The notes: a model not told the origin generated them from the letters alone. A stretch of 64,000 bases of DNA from Eledone cirrhosa (GCA_964016885.1 OZ024740.1:333870001-333934000), one strand, 5' to 3'; numbered from the stretch's first letter, positions 31,074-46,716 are shown. Numbers and translations: made by a program.

Positions 31074-31124
31074 AGATTCTACATGACTAGAACTGTTTCT
31101 TTCTTTAGAAATCATCAGTAATCT
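31074..31124 (-). ncRNA. Type I hammerhead
   Basis: agatta-CTGATGA-tttctaaagaaa-GAAA-cagttctagtcatg-TA-gaatct. Confidence 0.8.
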
Positions 31125-32095
31125 GGGTATGAAAGAATAAATATGGTATTTATAGGTCTCTGCGGGTGGTAGGAGAGGGTAAGGAGTGGGATGGGTAGCG
31201 GTCATTCGTTGATAGAAAAGGGAATTCATTAAAAGCTAATTCTTTAAAGTTATAATTTATATTTAGAGTAACGAAGGCAGAAATAATTCTATAAACAAGT
31301 TCAGAATGGGGTGCCACTCGTCATTTTTAAGTTTCTCTTAAGCTAACAATGTCTATATTTCAGGTGTCTATAAGATCGTTGGGGGTCAGTCATCGTTGAT
31401 GTATTTAAAGAAAAGGGAAATTTGTTAAAAGCTAATTCTGTAAGGTTCTACTTAGTGACAAAGGCCTAGAGAATTCTATAGACCAGTTCAAAATATTGAG
31501 TCCATATCATACCATTATCTTCAAATTTCTCTTAAACTATGTTCCAAAAGTCAACAGACACATTCACAAACACACACACACTCGCGCGCACCCACACAAA
31601 CATATATATATATACACATAGACATACATATACACACATATACACACACATACAAACACACACAAATCGAGTTTTGGAATATAGTTTAAGAGAAATTTGA
31701 AGATAATGGTATGATATGCACTCAATATTTTGAACTGGTCTATAGAATTCTCTAGGCCTTTGTCACTAAGTAGAACCTTACAGAATTAGCTTTTAAAGAA
31801 TTTCCCTTTTCCTTAAATCCATCAACGATGACTGACCTCCAACGATCTTATAGACACCTGAAATATAGGCATTGTTAGCTTAGAGAAACTTAAAAATAAG
31901 GAGTGGCACCCCATTCTTAACTTGTTTATAGTATTATTTCTGCCTTTGTTACTCTAAATATAAATTATAGCTTTAAAGAATTAACTTTTAATGAATTCCT
32001 TTTTCTATCAACCAATGACCTCTACCCATCCCACTCCCTACCCTCTCCTACCACCTGAAGAGACCTATAAATACCATATTTATTTTTTGATACCC

Positions 32096-32146
32096 AGATT
32101 ACTGATGATTTCAAAAGAATGAAACAGTTCTAGTCCTGTAGAATCT
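32096..32146 (+). ncRNA. Type I hammerhead
   Basis: agatta-CTGATGA-tttcaaaagaat-GAAA-cag-ttctagtc-ctg-TA-gaatct. Confidence 0.8.
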
Positions 32147-32182
32147 CACCTATATTAAAACTATATATATATATATATATAC

Positions 32183-32226
<44 letters not shown>

Positions 32227-32450
32227 CGTTTCTGAATTTGTTTAGCAAGATTCTTTATCTGAAATCGTGTGTTGAAACCGATATTGTTATACTTTGGGAG
32301 GGTCATGTTGCCAATAAGAAACACACGCACCGGTTGCTTTCACTTCAATTTATTATATATTTATAAATTTATAAATTTACAAATTTACAAACTTATAAAT
32401 TTCTGGTTGGTTGGTTGGTTGGTTCCACAACCAGATAGTTGTTTATATAT

Positions 32451-32495
32451 AGTCATAGTCCTTTCGTCACACACTCTGTGACCTCTTCAGTGACT
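32451..32495 (-). ncRNA. Minimal type I hammerhead
   Basis: agtca-CTGAAGA-ggtcacagagtgtgtgac-GAAA-ggac-TA-tgact. Confidence 0.82.
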
Positions 32496-32774
32496 GGGGA
32501 TTCCTTTCTTTGTTTCTGTGCCTTTCCTTTCTTCTATCCTACGCCATTTTGTTTCTGTGTGTGTGTTGTGTGCTCAGTTTGCGCATGCGCCACATCCGGG
32601 TGTCTGTGTGTGTTTGTGTTCATTTATCTATTTGTTTATTTATTTATTTATTTATTGTTGGTTGGTTGTTTGTTCTATGTGTGTGTGTGTTTTCATTTTG
32701 TCCTGTGTGTGTTTTCATTTTGTCCTTAATTGTAAGTTGTTTGTTCTATGTGTGTGTGTGTTTTCATTTTGTCC

Positions 32775-34363
32775 TTAATTGTAAGTTGTGATGTTGCTGT
32801 TCCACTCATATTTTCTATTAAATTTTGGTTTTAATTCTTTTATGCTTACTGCCTCTGTAATTTGCCTAAACATTGAGTCTTTTCTGTGTGTGGATTCTAT
32901 TTTTATTTCTATGTTCTCTAATCTACCCCTGTGTTCTATCTTAGCATGTTGGTAGAGCACAGATGATTCTTTATTATCTTGGAGGTCTCGCCAGTGTTCA
33001 TTTATTCGTTCCTCTATACTACGAGCTGTCTCACCTATGTACACTATATTTTTGTTTCTACATTGTCCTTCAGTACATTTTATGCTATACACTACATTTC
33101 TAGTTTTACAGTTAATATGGGGGCTTATTTTACAGGTTATACATTTCTTATCTATACATGAGGGTCTTTGGAACGGGTATGTCTTGCTAATAAGTGTTTT
33201 TACGGAGGTACCTGGTCTTTCTACTATCTTAATATTGAGATTATGTTTATTTAGGGCCCTTCTAAATTTGTAGGCTAGTTCGCCTCTAGGGGTTGTATTG
33301 ATGAACATTACACTCTGGTATTTATTGCTATCATACCATAAGTTTATTTTATTGGCCTTGTTCCTAGTTCTTTCTATTCTATTCCAAAATTTGCTCCTAT
33401 ACAAGGGGCAGGTCCCATTTATGTCATTATTTACCATTTTTTCCCATTTAGTTCTGGCTCCTTTATACACTCTGATTCTATCTCTCTGATTGTAGCCAGA
33501 GAACTGCATACGGTGGATGCAGTGTTGTATGTGTCTCTCTAGTTCTTCGGGGTTGCACATGCGGGACACATTTCTCATCACCCGTACCAAATCCGCAATC
33601 AGTATGTTGATTTTGGTATGGTCCGAAATGGCCGAGTTTCGGTGGATCAGATGTTTGGAAGTCATGGGTTTGGCATAATGGGAATGGAGGATTTGTTTTT
33701 GGTTGTTAATGGTATCTAACCAGAGCTCTGTGTCTAGTACAGGTAATCGATGGTTGGGGTGTCTACTTGGGTAGTCTATAGTAACTCTAATGCTCTGGTG
33801 GATGGAGTTTGCTATTTGCTGGATGCTTTCCATTGTGTTTTTCTCTAGTTCCTGACTGTTCTTTAGTGGGGGTGTCTTAACTACGATGTTTATATCATCT
33901 ACGTAGCGGGAGTACATTATCAGGGTTAAGCTGTCTTCTAATTGTTCTTTAAGTTTTTGTTTAAGTCTACTGTCCCACCATACCATGAATAAGTTAGCTA
34001 TGTCGCCTGCAATGCTAACACCAATGGCTGCTCCTTCCTCTTGGGCATATGTTTTACCATTAAATTTGAACATATGTTCCTTAAGGGTTAATTTTATGCT
34101 GGCCCCTACCGCATGTGCAATCATTTTCTTCAGTTCATCGTGGTTTTCGGGTGTCCGTATGGCTCTGGTCCACCCGTTCCATCTATCTGTGTGGGTTTTC
34201 TTGGCCATTGAGGTAATGGTAGGTGGTCTGCCTCTTGCTGGTCTTGTAGGGCACAGGTTGCTAAGGTCATAAGTGTCTAGGTAATTATTACTATGGGCAA
34301 GCTTAAGTAGAAGTCCCAGCTCACTGGTATCAATCCCACGGAACTCAACCTTGCTCTCGCTGA
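32775..34363 (-). CDS. 5'-truncated inverted copy of PLE RT + GIY-YIG (the ORF-track N-terminus beyond 34363 is chimeric)
   Basis: Uninterrupted; differs from 35177-36832 at only a few residues. Confidence 0.85.
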
Positions 34364-35156
34364 GAGACATAGAAACAATCATGAGGCTGTTGGTGGAAAT
34401 AGAACAACTAACAATAATAATAGCACTAGTACACATAAAGCAGCAGCCTGGAACTCTCCGTTGTATAACCCCTCCGATAAATCATTCGACCTACGACGAG
34501 TCCACGCCACGACTTTGCCATTTAACAAACGCACGCAGTTGCCGTCGCAGGTCGATGAACAAACAGAAGCACAATTTAGTATAGCTAAATCCGAACTTAG
34601 AAATATTATAGAACAGTATAGCAAGAAGCATAATAGAATAGAGGCCCAGCAACTGGGAGAAAAATCTGCAAATGGCTTGCGTAAGCTCATGCAGCGCTCG
34701 CGTAATGGAGAGATAGCATGTTTTCCAACAGACAAGTCTGGCAGAATGTCGGTTGACAGCCTGCCAAACTACATCCAGGCAATGCAAATCCACATCACTA
34801 ACACAAGAGAGGTAACACCACAGGAGCATGAGGATAGAGAAAAAGCCCTCAATGCCCATATGGTGATGTGGACGAATATAATGCAGCCCAACAAAAGGAC
34901 TGCCAACAACTTCCAGGCCTGGAACAATGACGTGCCGGCGTTGTATGGGCTTCGAAAAGACCATAAAACGGGCTGGGACCCTGTCGCGGGACAACCAACA
35001 CGGCCAGTCTGTGGCGCTAACATTGCTAGTAACTACAGATTGTCCTACTTCCTGTCCCTGATCATACGCCCCATCATTGAGATGTCCCCAGATGTGTGTG
35101 ACAGCACGGAGGACCTCCTCAGCAAAATAGGCGCGGGTAACCGATCTGGGAACTAA
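34364..35156 (+). CDS. PLE polyprotein N-terminal and RT finger region (5'-truncated; frameshift at ~35150)
   Basis: ATTLPFNKR..LP, PTDKSGRMSV, VPALYGLRKDHK, PTRPVCGA, CDSTEDLL; continues as ELTNCIIGSMDV in the neighbouring frame. Confidence 0.88.
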
Positions 35157-35176
35157 CAAACTGCATAATAGGCAGT

Positions 35177-36832
35177 ATGGATGTTGTGTTCCTGTATCCC
35201 TCTATTGACGTGGATTTTGCTGTGGAGAAATGCGTAGAAATGATCAGCAAGAGCAAGGTTGAGTTCCGTGGGATTGATACCAGTGAGCTGGGACTTCTAC
35301 TTAAGCTTGCCCATAGTAATAATTACCTAGACACTTATGACCTTAGCAACCTGTGCCCTACAAGACCAGCAAGAGGCAGACCACCTACCATTACCTCAAT
35401 GGCCAAGAAAACCCACACAGATAGATGGAACGGGTGGACCAGAGCCATACGGACACCCGAAAACCACGATGAACTGAAGAAAATGATTGCACATGCGGTA
35501 GGGGCCAGCATAAAATTAACCCTTATGGAACATATGTTCAAATTTAATGGTAAAACATATGCCCAAGAGGAAGGAGCAGCCATTGGTGTTAGCATTGCAG
35601 GCGACATAGCTAACTTATTCATGGTATGGTGGGACAGTAGACTTAAACAAAAACTTAAAGAACAATTAGAAGACAGCTTAACCCTGATAATGTACTCCCG
35701 CTACGTAGATGATATAAACATCGTAGTTAAGACACCCCCACTAAAGAACAGTCAGGAACTAGAGAAAAACACAATGGAAAGCATCCAGCAAATAGCAAAC
35801 TCCATCCACCAGAGCATTAGAGTTACTATAGACTACCCAAGTAGACACCCCAGCCATCGATTACCTGTACTAGACACAGAGCTCTGGTTAGATACCATTA
35901 ACAACCAAAAACAAATCCTCCATTCCCATTATGCCAAACCCATGACTTCCAAACATCTGATCCACCGAAACTCGGCCATTCCGGACCATACCAAAATCAA
36001 CATACTGATTGCGGATTTGGTACGGGTGATGAGAAATGTGTCCCGCATGTGCAACCCCGAAGAACTAGAGAGACACATACAACACTGCATCCACCGTATG
36101 CAGTTCTCTGGCTACAATCAGAGAGATAGAATCAGAGTGTATAAAGGAGCCAGAACTAAATGGGAAAAAATGGTAAATAATGACATAAATGGGACCTGCC
36201 CCTTGTATAGGAGCAAATTTTGGAATAGAATAGAAAGAACTAGGAACAAGGCCAATGAAATAAACTCATGGTATGATAGCAATAAATACCAGAGTGTAAT
36301 GTTCATCAATACAACCCCTAGAGGCGAACTAGCCTACAAATTTAGAAGGGCCCTAAATAAACATAATCTCAATATTAAGATAGTAGAAAGACCAGGTACC
36401 TCCGTAAAAACACTTATTAGCAAGACATACCCGTTCCAAAGACCCTCATGTATAGATAAGAAATGTATAACCTGTAAAATAAGCCCCCATATTAACTGTA
36501 AAACTAGAAATGTAGTGTATAGCATAAAATGTACTGAAGGACAATGTAGAAACAAAAATATAGTGTACATAGGTGAGACAGCTCGTAGTATAGGGGAACG
36601 AATAAATGAACACTGGCGAGACCTCCAAGATAATAAAGAATCATCTGTGCTCTACCAACATGCTAAGATAGAACACAGGGGTAGATTAGAGAACATAGAA
36701 ATAAAAATAGAATCTACACACAGAAAAGACCCAATGTTTAGGCAAATTACAGAGGCAGTAAGCATAAAAGAATTAAAACCAAAATTAAATAGAAAATATG
36801 AGTGGAACAGCAACATCACAACTTACAATTAA
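35177..36832 (+). CDS. PLE reverse transcriptase + GIY-YIG endonuclease (Naiad-like)
   Basis: MDVVFLYPSI, QEEGAAIGVSIAGDIANLFMVWWD, YSRYVDD, DYPSRHP..RLPVLD, HYAKPM, CxxxxCxxC, VVYSIKC...YIGETARS..ER..EH, RQITEA, LNRKYEW. Confidence 0.95.
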   Translation: MDVVFLYPSIDVDFAVEKCVEMISKSKVEFRGIDTSELGLLLKLAHSNNYLDTYDLSNLCPTRPARGRPPTITSMAKKTHTDRWNGWTRAIRTPENHDELKKMIAHAVGASIKLTLMEHMFKFNGKTYAQEEGAAIGVSIAGDIANLFMVWWDSRLKQKLKEQLEDSLTLIMYSRYVDDINIVVKTPPLKNSQELEKNTMESIQQIANSIHQSIRVTIDYPSRHPSHRLPVLDTELWLDTINNQKQILHSHYAKPMTSKHLIHRNSAIPDHTKINILIADLVRVMRNVSRMCNPEELERHIQHCIHRMQFSGYNQRDRIRVYKGARTKWEKMVNNDINGTCPLYRSKFWNRIERTRNKANEINSWYDSNKYQSVMFINTTPRGELAYKFRRALNKHNLNIKIVERPGTSVKTLISKTYPFQRPSCIDKKCITCKISPHINCKTRNVVYSIKCTEGQCRNKNIVYIGETARSIGERINEHWRDLQDNKESSVLYQHAKIEHRGRLENIEIKIESTHRKDPMFRQITEAVSIKELKPKLNRKYEWNSNITTYN

Positions 36833-37133
36833 GGACAAAATGAAAACACACACAGGACAAAATGAAAACACACACACACATAGAACAAACAACTTACAAT
36901 TAAGGACAAAATGAAAACACACGCAGGACAAAATGAAAACACACACACACATAGAACAAACAACCAACCAACAATAAATAAATAAATAAATAAACAAATA
37001 GATAAATGAACACAAACACACACAGACACCCGGATGTGGCGCATGCGCAAACTGAGCACACAACACACACACAGAAATAAAATGGCGTAGGATAGAAGAA
37101 AGGAAAGGCACAGAAACAAAGAAAGGAATCCCC

Positions 37134-37178
37134 AGTCACTGAAGAGGTCACAGAGTGTGTGACGAAAGGACTATGACT
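37134..37178 (+). ncRNA. Minimal type I hammerhead
   Basis: agtca-CTGAAGA-ggtcacagagtgtgtgac-GAAA-ggac-TA-tgact. Confidence 0.82.
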
Positions 37179-37360
37179 ATATATAAACAACTATCTGGTT
37201 GTGGAACAAACCTACCAACCAGAAATTTATAAGTTTGTAAATTTGTAAATTTATAAATATATAATAAATTGAAGTGAAAGCAACTGGTGTGTGTGTTTCT
37301 TATTGGCAACATGACCCTCCCAAAGTATAACAATATATAAATATATATATATATATATAT

Positions 37361-37705
37361 ATGATGGCTGTCCCCTTGTTATCGAGTATGGCCATTGCAC
37401 AATATACAATTATTAATAATTATTAATTAATGCAATCGTGCAGTACCTGTGAGTAGAGATATTTTTTAAAGTGAGGAAATACTGTACACTGAGCCAATCC
37501 CTCTCTCTGAGCGACAGTAGCTATAACCCGAAGAGAAGAAAAGATCAACATCATCGGTAACTACTGAGCCGCAGGTTTTATATCGGAGTTATCCCACTTT
37601 CCTGAGATGCCTTCTCCTAGAAGAATGCCCTGACAAAGTCTAGGGGTCATTCACTCCCAGTGGTTTAACCGCGCGATCTGGTGTCCAGCCCGACTATTTC
37701 TATGT
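37361..37705 (-). mobile_element. RTE-LINE-related non-coding fragment
   Basis: Similar to 42161-42600 (atggctg..tcgagtatggcca; aagaagaa..tcaacatcat; ccttctcctag..tgcc.tgacaaag.cta.ggggtcat); resembles RTE 5' UTR motifs as I recall them. Confidence 0.45.
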
Positions 37706-38035
37706 CCCCGCACATATACATGTGTATATATGCGCGTGTGTGTCTGTGTGTGTCTGTGTGTGTATGTGTGTGTGTGTGTAATGACATTACAACAGCAATT
37801 GTCCGACGAGCTTTTGATTCCAGAATTGGGCCTCATCGATGCAGATCGAATCTTGAGCTGATCAATAGCGAAGCGCGCGTCACCAATCAATAGACGTAAT
37901 GAAGGCTTAACAAGTCATACTTGTATTATTATACTACACTCTGTTTAGCTCTACACCTCGCCACTGAAGGGAACCTAAACATCGACTGCTCACCTGTGTG
38001 AACGTACAGTACTTCACGTTACACTCCCTGGGTTA

Positions 38036-38096
<61 letters not shown>

Positions 38097-39924
38097 CTCC
38101 ATATCGTTTTTCATTAATTTTCTGTATCTATTGTTGTGATCCTGTCTCTATGTTTGTACTCCTGAAAATGGGTCCGACACGTCGACCTTTCTTACCCTTT
38201 TTATATATAAAGCGTAAAACTAATAAGACTGGTTGTAATTACATTGTGAGGTTCAAACGAAAAGTAGATTTAAAAATCACAAAACAATTGGCCCTCCATT
38301 CATATTCACCTAGTACTGTTGAACGGAATTCATTAAATACGCAATAGTATGTAATCCTTTACTGTATATGAACACGGTGATTTTTTGACATCTCTTTTAA
38401 ACATATTAGATCAGTCTATCCTTGGATTAGTTCATACTGACAGTGAATAATATAATTTATTTTCTGTAGAAATAGTGCATTTCCGGATTATGCCAACCTT
38501 AGTATAAATAGTTCAACGATAAATATTTCAGCGATTTATATTAAAATTAGCATGTAGGAAGATGACAGTTTTTATCGGAAGTGTTTGCTAACGCAGTGAT
38601 ATTACTCGTGTATGCTGGAACAAACACGGCCTGGAGTACAACGTATTACTTCATTATGTCGTGAAGAGGTTGCTGTTCTTTGCCAAACTAATGAACCGAA
38701 ATTGAATTAAAAGATTGCTCGCATTTATGACATAATACAAAATGATGGAGAGTTACGCTTTCAACAAAATTAGTTAGGGAGCAAAATACAAAAAAAAATC
38801 AAAGCTTTAACAGAATAAAATTCCTTATAGTGTTAGCATTTAATATTGGAATGGAAAAAAGACAAAATTAAAATCGTAAAATGATGAAATCCTGTCAAGG
38901 TAATGGGTTGGGCGGATCATATAGAAAGAACATTTATGAAACATGTAATTTCAACTAGTCTCTCGTTATTTATGCGTATGTAAAGTTTTGGAGAATGTGA
39001 ATCTATTATTTGAAAATAGTTTGAAAACTTGTTGATAGAAAAAATTATAACGCCTTAAATGCTAGACAGAAAATGAATTGAAATATATTTATCAAAGGAA
39101 AGAGCATAAAAGATTATTTTCAAGCCATTGAAAAGTATAGATGAAAATAAATTTAAAACTTTTAATCAGTGAAAAATGTTTATTTGGGGTTTTATATAAA
39201 ATTGGTTGATACTTTTTGCAATATTTTAGGTTAAACGAGAAAGATCGTGGCTGACCCTTTGCATTAATATAATAGCTTTCGTCTAGTAATAATTTACCAT
39301 CTAAATTGAATCTAAAAAAACATAAATAAAAATATAGCATTTCCTGTAAATAGGAGCACAGATTTAAGGTGAGATATATGAATTAAATCATAAAATGCTG
39401 AAAACAATTAACGTCAAAAATTAAAAATATACTTAAATTCTTAACAAAATGAGGTAACGTGCCAATATTTTGTATTTAGACAAATAACCTAGCCAAATAT
39501 TGTAGGCCATGTTTTCTTGATTTCGTTTGCTTAAAATGAAGATGTATCGAACATTTGGCCTTCCTCCCAGAATTATTAACAACTGTTTTCTTCGCCTTCT
39601 CTTCTTGTATTGACTCACCATTAAACATCGTCGGAAGGAAATCTCAAAGAAAGCCAAAATAAAATTATTCTTTCATTAAAAATCGGAGATTATTTATGTA
39701 GAGATATTGAATAACTGTTTGTTATTTATAACTACGAGAATCACCTGAAAAACGTGCATTACAAACTATTTTGATTTTAATTTCACAACTGATGCTTTTG
39801 AAAGATTCACATACAAATCTTTCCGAACAATCACATAGACATACTCCGACACACTCACACACATTACAAATACATCAAACTCATTCATACTTTACATGCA
39901 TTTATATATATATATATATATATA

Positions 39925-40525
39925 CAGTATTTTCCGTTGTGTTGTAATATAAATATTACACACAGTAGATTATCAGCTCACGTAGAGTTTGCTCGACGGT
40001 TCCAGTTGTAGTTCCAAAAGTAATCCGGAGAAAAATAGAAAGATTTGAATGGATACAGTTTAGTTGAAAGGAATTTATTGACACGTGTTTCTATAACAGT
40101 TACATAACCTAAAACAGCTGCTATGTTAATTAAGTGCAAACACAAAACCAACCACGCATATCTTTACTATCTCTAATCCTTCTATAGATTTAGAAAAATA
40201 ACCAATAATATATTCTATAAAAATGTCAAAACAACAGATGGGAATCTAATTACTCACTGCCACCAAGAATTCTCACTGCTATCGAAAAAACACTCCTTCA
40301 AATATTCTTCTAACAACTTCACCCCTCCCTCCTAATATTCTCTATAAAAACTAAATAGGTCCTCAGTAATATTATTCTGATGAAATGACAGTAAATAATA
40401 ACATTGAAATATTGAATGTCTGCATAACTAAAAGTTTGTAGATAGCAGCTGTTTTAGGTTATGTAACTGTTATAGAAACACGTGTCAATAAATTCCTTTC
40501 AACTAAACTGTATTCATTCAAATCT

Positions 40526-40529
<4 letters not shown>
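39925..40529. mobile_element. Head-to-head hammerhead element
   Basis: ~40037-40123 inverted to ~40442-40529; minus arm ~112 nt longer; (TA)n on both sides. Confidence 0.82.
40372..40491 (+). ncRNA. Type I hammerhead with ~90-nt stem II domain
   Basis: ttatt-CTGATGA-a-atgacagt...actgttat-a-GAAA-cacgtg-TC-aataa. Confidence 0.85.
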
Positions 40530-40581
<52 letters not shown>

Positions 40582-40594
40582 ATACACACAAAAA

Positions 40595-40800
40595 AGGATC
40601 GATCGACTTTCGTAAAATCGGACCGAGGAAACAATGTTTCCGTTGGTCTTTCCAGTTACTAATACTATATGTCGGTCGCAAGTAGAAGGAGCAACGTGAA
40701 ATAAAGTGTCTTGCTCAAGGACATAACGCATAGCCAAGTCCAGGAATCAAACTCACAAACTCAAGATTGTGAATCCAATTCACCAACCAGCTACGCGTCT
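40595..40800 (-). mobile_element. Second tRNA-derived SINE family (CORE/V-like)
   Basis: Minus strand: gcgtagctggttgg...gagtttgattcctgg...tgtccttgagcaagacactttatttcac. Confidence 0.6.
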
Positions 40801-40803
40801 TCA

Positions 40804-40910
<107 letters not shown>

Positions 40911-40916
40911 CATATA

Positions 40917-41162
<246 letters not shown>

Positions 41163-41235
41163 TCCAGTTCCTCAGTGAAATAACAACCCAACCAGGAACT
41201 GGGCATATGTACTTGTCTATACCATACTAATTCAA

Positions 41236-41290
41236 ACTGCCTGAAGAGGTCACAGCCAAAGATGGCTGCCACTGAAATATATATAGCAGT
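41236..41290 (+). ncRNA. Type I hammerhead inside a ~280-bp island (41160-41440)
   Basis: actgc-CTGAAGA-ggtcacagcca-aaga-tggctgccact-GAAA-tatata-TA-gcagt. Confidence 0.85.
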
Positions 41291-41437
41291 AATAAACGAA
41301 GCTAAATTTTATTCATTTGACTTTTTATTTAACTTTATTTTACACTACTCCGGAGTAACCAAACCAACCAGCGCACTTCGTCGAGTGCTCCAGCCTGCAT
41401 ACTGAGGTGGTGGTATACAACCAACATAAACTCAAAA

Positions 41438-41490
<53 letters not shown>

Positions 41491-41493
<3 letters not shown>

Positions 41494-41690
41494 AACGAGT
41501 AGGACTCCGACAGGCTGAGCTCATGCCGTTTCGACGGCTAATTCTGGACTAGTCCAGAATTAGTCGTCGAAACGGCTTGAGCTCAGCCGTCGGGGGTCCT
41601 ACTCGTTCCTATTACCCACTCTACTAGCCTAAGTATTGAGTACTTTGGTGCGTTATGGTCCACCTGGTTCCTTACCACATTTCCTTCGTT
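41491..41690. mobile_element. Palindromic mini-element (15017 family)
   Basis: Perfect centre ctggaCTAGtccag; same short and long ends as the 15017 copy, with subfamily-specific substitutions present on both arms. Confidence 0.85.
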
Positions 41691-41791
41691 ATATTTATAT
41701 ATATATATATGTATATATATCTCTATATATATATTTATGTATATATATCTCTATATATATATTTATGTATATATATCTCTATATATATATT

Positions 41792-41858
<67 letters not shown>

Positions 41859-41941
41859 GTTATTCCGGGTTGAATGGGAGGTAACCACAGTAAGTAATGT
41901 ACTCAATACATTGCAGAGTATAAAAGTTTTAATATAGATGA

Positions 41942-41990
41942 GATTCTACAGGACTAGAACTGTTTCATTCTTTAGAAATCATCAGGAATC
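41942..41990 (-). ncRNA. Type I hammerhead
   Basis: gattc-CTGATGA-tttctaaagaat-GAAA-cag-ttctagtc-ctg-TA-gaatc. Confidence 0.85.
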
Positions 41991-41993
41991 ACA

Positions 41994-42042
41994 GATTCCT
42001 GATGATTTCTAAGTAATGAAACAGTTCTAGTCATGTAGAATC
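41994..42042 (+). ncRNA. Type I hammerhead
   Basis: gattc-CTGATGA-tttctaagtaat-GAAA-cagttctagtcatg-TA-gaatc. Confidence 0.75.
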
Positions 42043-42129
42043 TCATCTACATTAAAACTATATATATATTTGATATATATTTATCCTTATCGAGCCCTCT
42101 TTGGATTTTAGTCTTGAAATTTATTATTA

Positions 42130-42160
<31 letters not shown>

Positions 42161-42164
<4 letters not shown>

Positions 42165-42775
42165 TGGCTGCCAACTCGTTTTCGAGTACGGCCACTACTT
42201 TACATCCATGTAGGAAAACCTCTACCGATGGGCTGAACGAGTGTGACTTTTTAGTCCAGCCAACGACTTGAAGACTCTGGTACAAACACTACACTTGTGA
42301 CAATTATTGACACATAGTGCTGGGCCCATGGTACCGTGTGGTGACAAGTGCAGAGAGATCTCCAGATGTAAAGCAATGCCTGTGCCGTGAAGCTTTTATA
42401 GTGAGCAAAGGCACTGCACAGAGCCAGTCACACTCTCTTAACCAAGATGATATTTACCAAAAAGAAGAACAACTCAACATCATTGGATACCATCCGGGTT
42501 TCAGGTGTTATATCAGAGTTTTCCTTCTCCTAGAATTCTGCCTTGACAAAGGCTAAGGGGTCATCTCTCCCGGTGAATTTGGATGGACATTGACTCTTAA
42601 GAGATCCTTTGCCCTTTAACAGGTTTTGTTTTTAGTCCCGCAGGATGTCCAAAGTCACCCTCCTAACCAAGAAACCTTGGTGGGGTTGCCAGTTTAGTCG
42701 CCAACGACTCGACCATGACACCGGTTGTACTGGGATACATGTTACCAGAAGCACCAACTGGTGACCTGACATATA
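42161..42775 (-). mobile_element. RTE-LINE-related fragment
   Basis: Homologous to 37361-37705; ttccttctcctag...tgccttgacaaaggct motif. Confidence 0.45.
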
Positions 42776-42784
42776 TTCATATAT

Positions 42785-45305
<2,521 letters not shown>

Positions 45306-45351
45306 TATATATATACATAAATATATATGAATATATGTCAGGTCACCAGTT

Positions 45352-46338
45352 GGTATTATATCGGATCTACCACCACATCGTTTAAATCTCGCTGGTACCG
45401 TCATCGATTCTCAATCAAACATCCGAATCACCGTTTTGTGACCACGCTCGCCAACAAGACCTGGCAACTCCGTGAACACAACCAACAGTTCACCTTAAAA
45501 TGGAATATACTTTCCAGCGCAAGTGCATATCGGAGTGGATGGAAGTACCGCAGGTTATGTAACCTTGAGCTATTTTACATATTAAAATCCAAAAACAAAC
45601 TACTTAACGATAGAATTGAACGATCATTATACTGCAACCACAAACTAAAAGCTAAATTCTCTCACTATAAAATAACTTAACATTCGAACCCGTAACTATA
45701 ACACCACTTTCTAGCTAACAACCTTCTCTTCCCCCCACACTACAAGACAATACACTGCTTATCACTATACATGGTAACTCAGTACAATTCCTAGATTACT
45801 ACTACAAATACAAAAGTTCACTCACCACACATACTTTATCTGTCCCCTCTCTACCTATCTCTCTCTCTACATCCATTACACTCTCTCTCTCTCACCTTTG
45901 ACCTACCTCCCTCTCAACATCTATGAACCTGCCCTCTGGGGCAATAAATAATTCCGACCTTAACTATCAACGCATCTCTCCAATAGTAACCTGTATAATA
46001 AAACCCCTACCATAACATTTTGATTAAGATATCTAGAAACCACTCTCTCCTACTTCTCCAACCCCTGCGTATCTTTCCTTCTCTCTCCCTCTTCCCTACT
46101 TTTCTCTCTTCCTGTTCCACTCTATCTTCCCCAATAACCCCACTTAAGGGTTTTTACATTGTACATTTACCATTCTGCTCTGAGGAAACAGTGGTCACAG
46201 CATTGGATATTCGAGTTCTGCAAGTACTTGTGAATTTGCACATAGCGGAACTAGGCTGCAGTACCACCGTGGAAACACTTGTAAGCACACAGAATAAATT
46301 ACCTTTTTATGATGTCTACCTGTTATTATTCATTCTTT
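45352..46338 (+). mobile_element. 5'-truncated Nematis-like PLE (GIY-YIG C-half, 3' UTR, HHR)
   Basis: YIGSTTTSFKSRWYRHRFS...TTLANKTWQLR...LKWNIL...LCNLELFYI...LLNDRIE...CNHK, stop at 45680. Confidence 0.85.
46176..46287 (+). ncRNA. Type I hammerhead with ~85-nt stem II domain
   Basis: tgct-CTGAGGA-aacagtggt...accaccgtg-GAAA-cacttg-TA-agca. Confidence 0.8.
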
Positions 46339-46528
<190 letters not shown>

Positions 46529-46544
46529 ATATATATATATACAC

Positions 46545-46716
<172 letters not shown>

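Larger units (their letters stand above)
30991..32162. mobile_element. Head-to-head non-coding hammerhead element with ~0.5-kb arms
   Basis: 31059-31552 inverted to ~31668-32162 around a CA-rich spacer; one HHR per arm; minus arm ~68 nt longer. Confidence 0.85.
32224..37335. mobile_element. Young Naiad-like Penelope element with 2.1-kb inverted duplication
   Basis: Minus arm 32224-34363 is the near-identical reverse complement of ~35224-37335; plus arm 34364-37335 encodes N-terminal region, RT and GIY-YIG; HHR in each 3' UTR; (TA)n flanks. Confidence 0.95.
41858..42060. mobile_element. Head-to-head double-hammerhead mini-element (30991 family)
   Basis: HHR minus 41942-41990 and HHR plus 41994-42042; same ends as 30991-32162. 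Confidence 0.87.

Noticed and set aside
34364-34436. N-terminus MCTSAIIIV... of the 553-aa minus ORF
   Set aside because: It is antisense of the plus arm across the inversion junction, a chance fusion
34364-36832. Selenocysteine recoding or programmed frameshift in the Naiad-like ORF
   Set aside because: No in-frame TGA in the visible part; the break is a 1-nt indel in a G run without a canonical slippery heptamer
38158-38190. HHR-like ctgaaaa-tgggtc...gacc
   Set aside because: Core mutated and no GAAA/stem III/stem I partner follows
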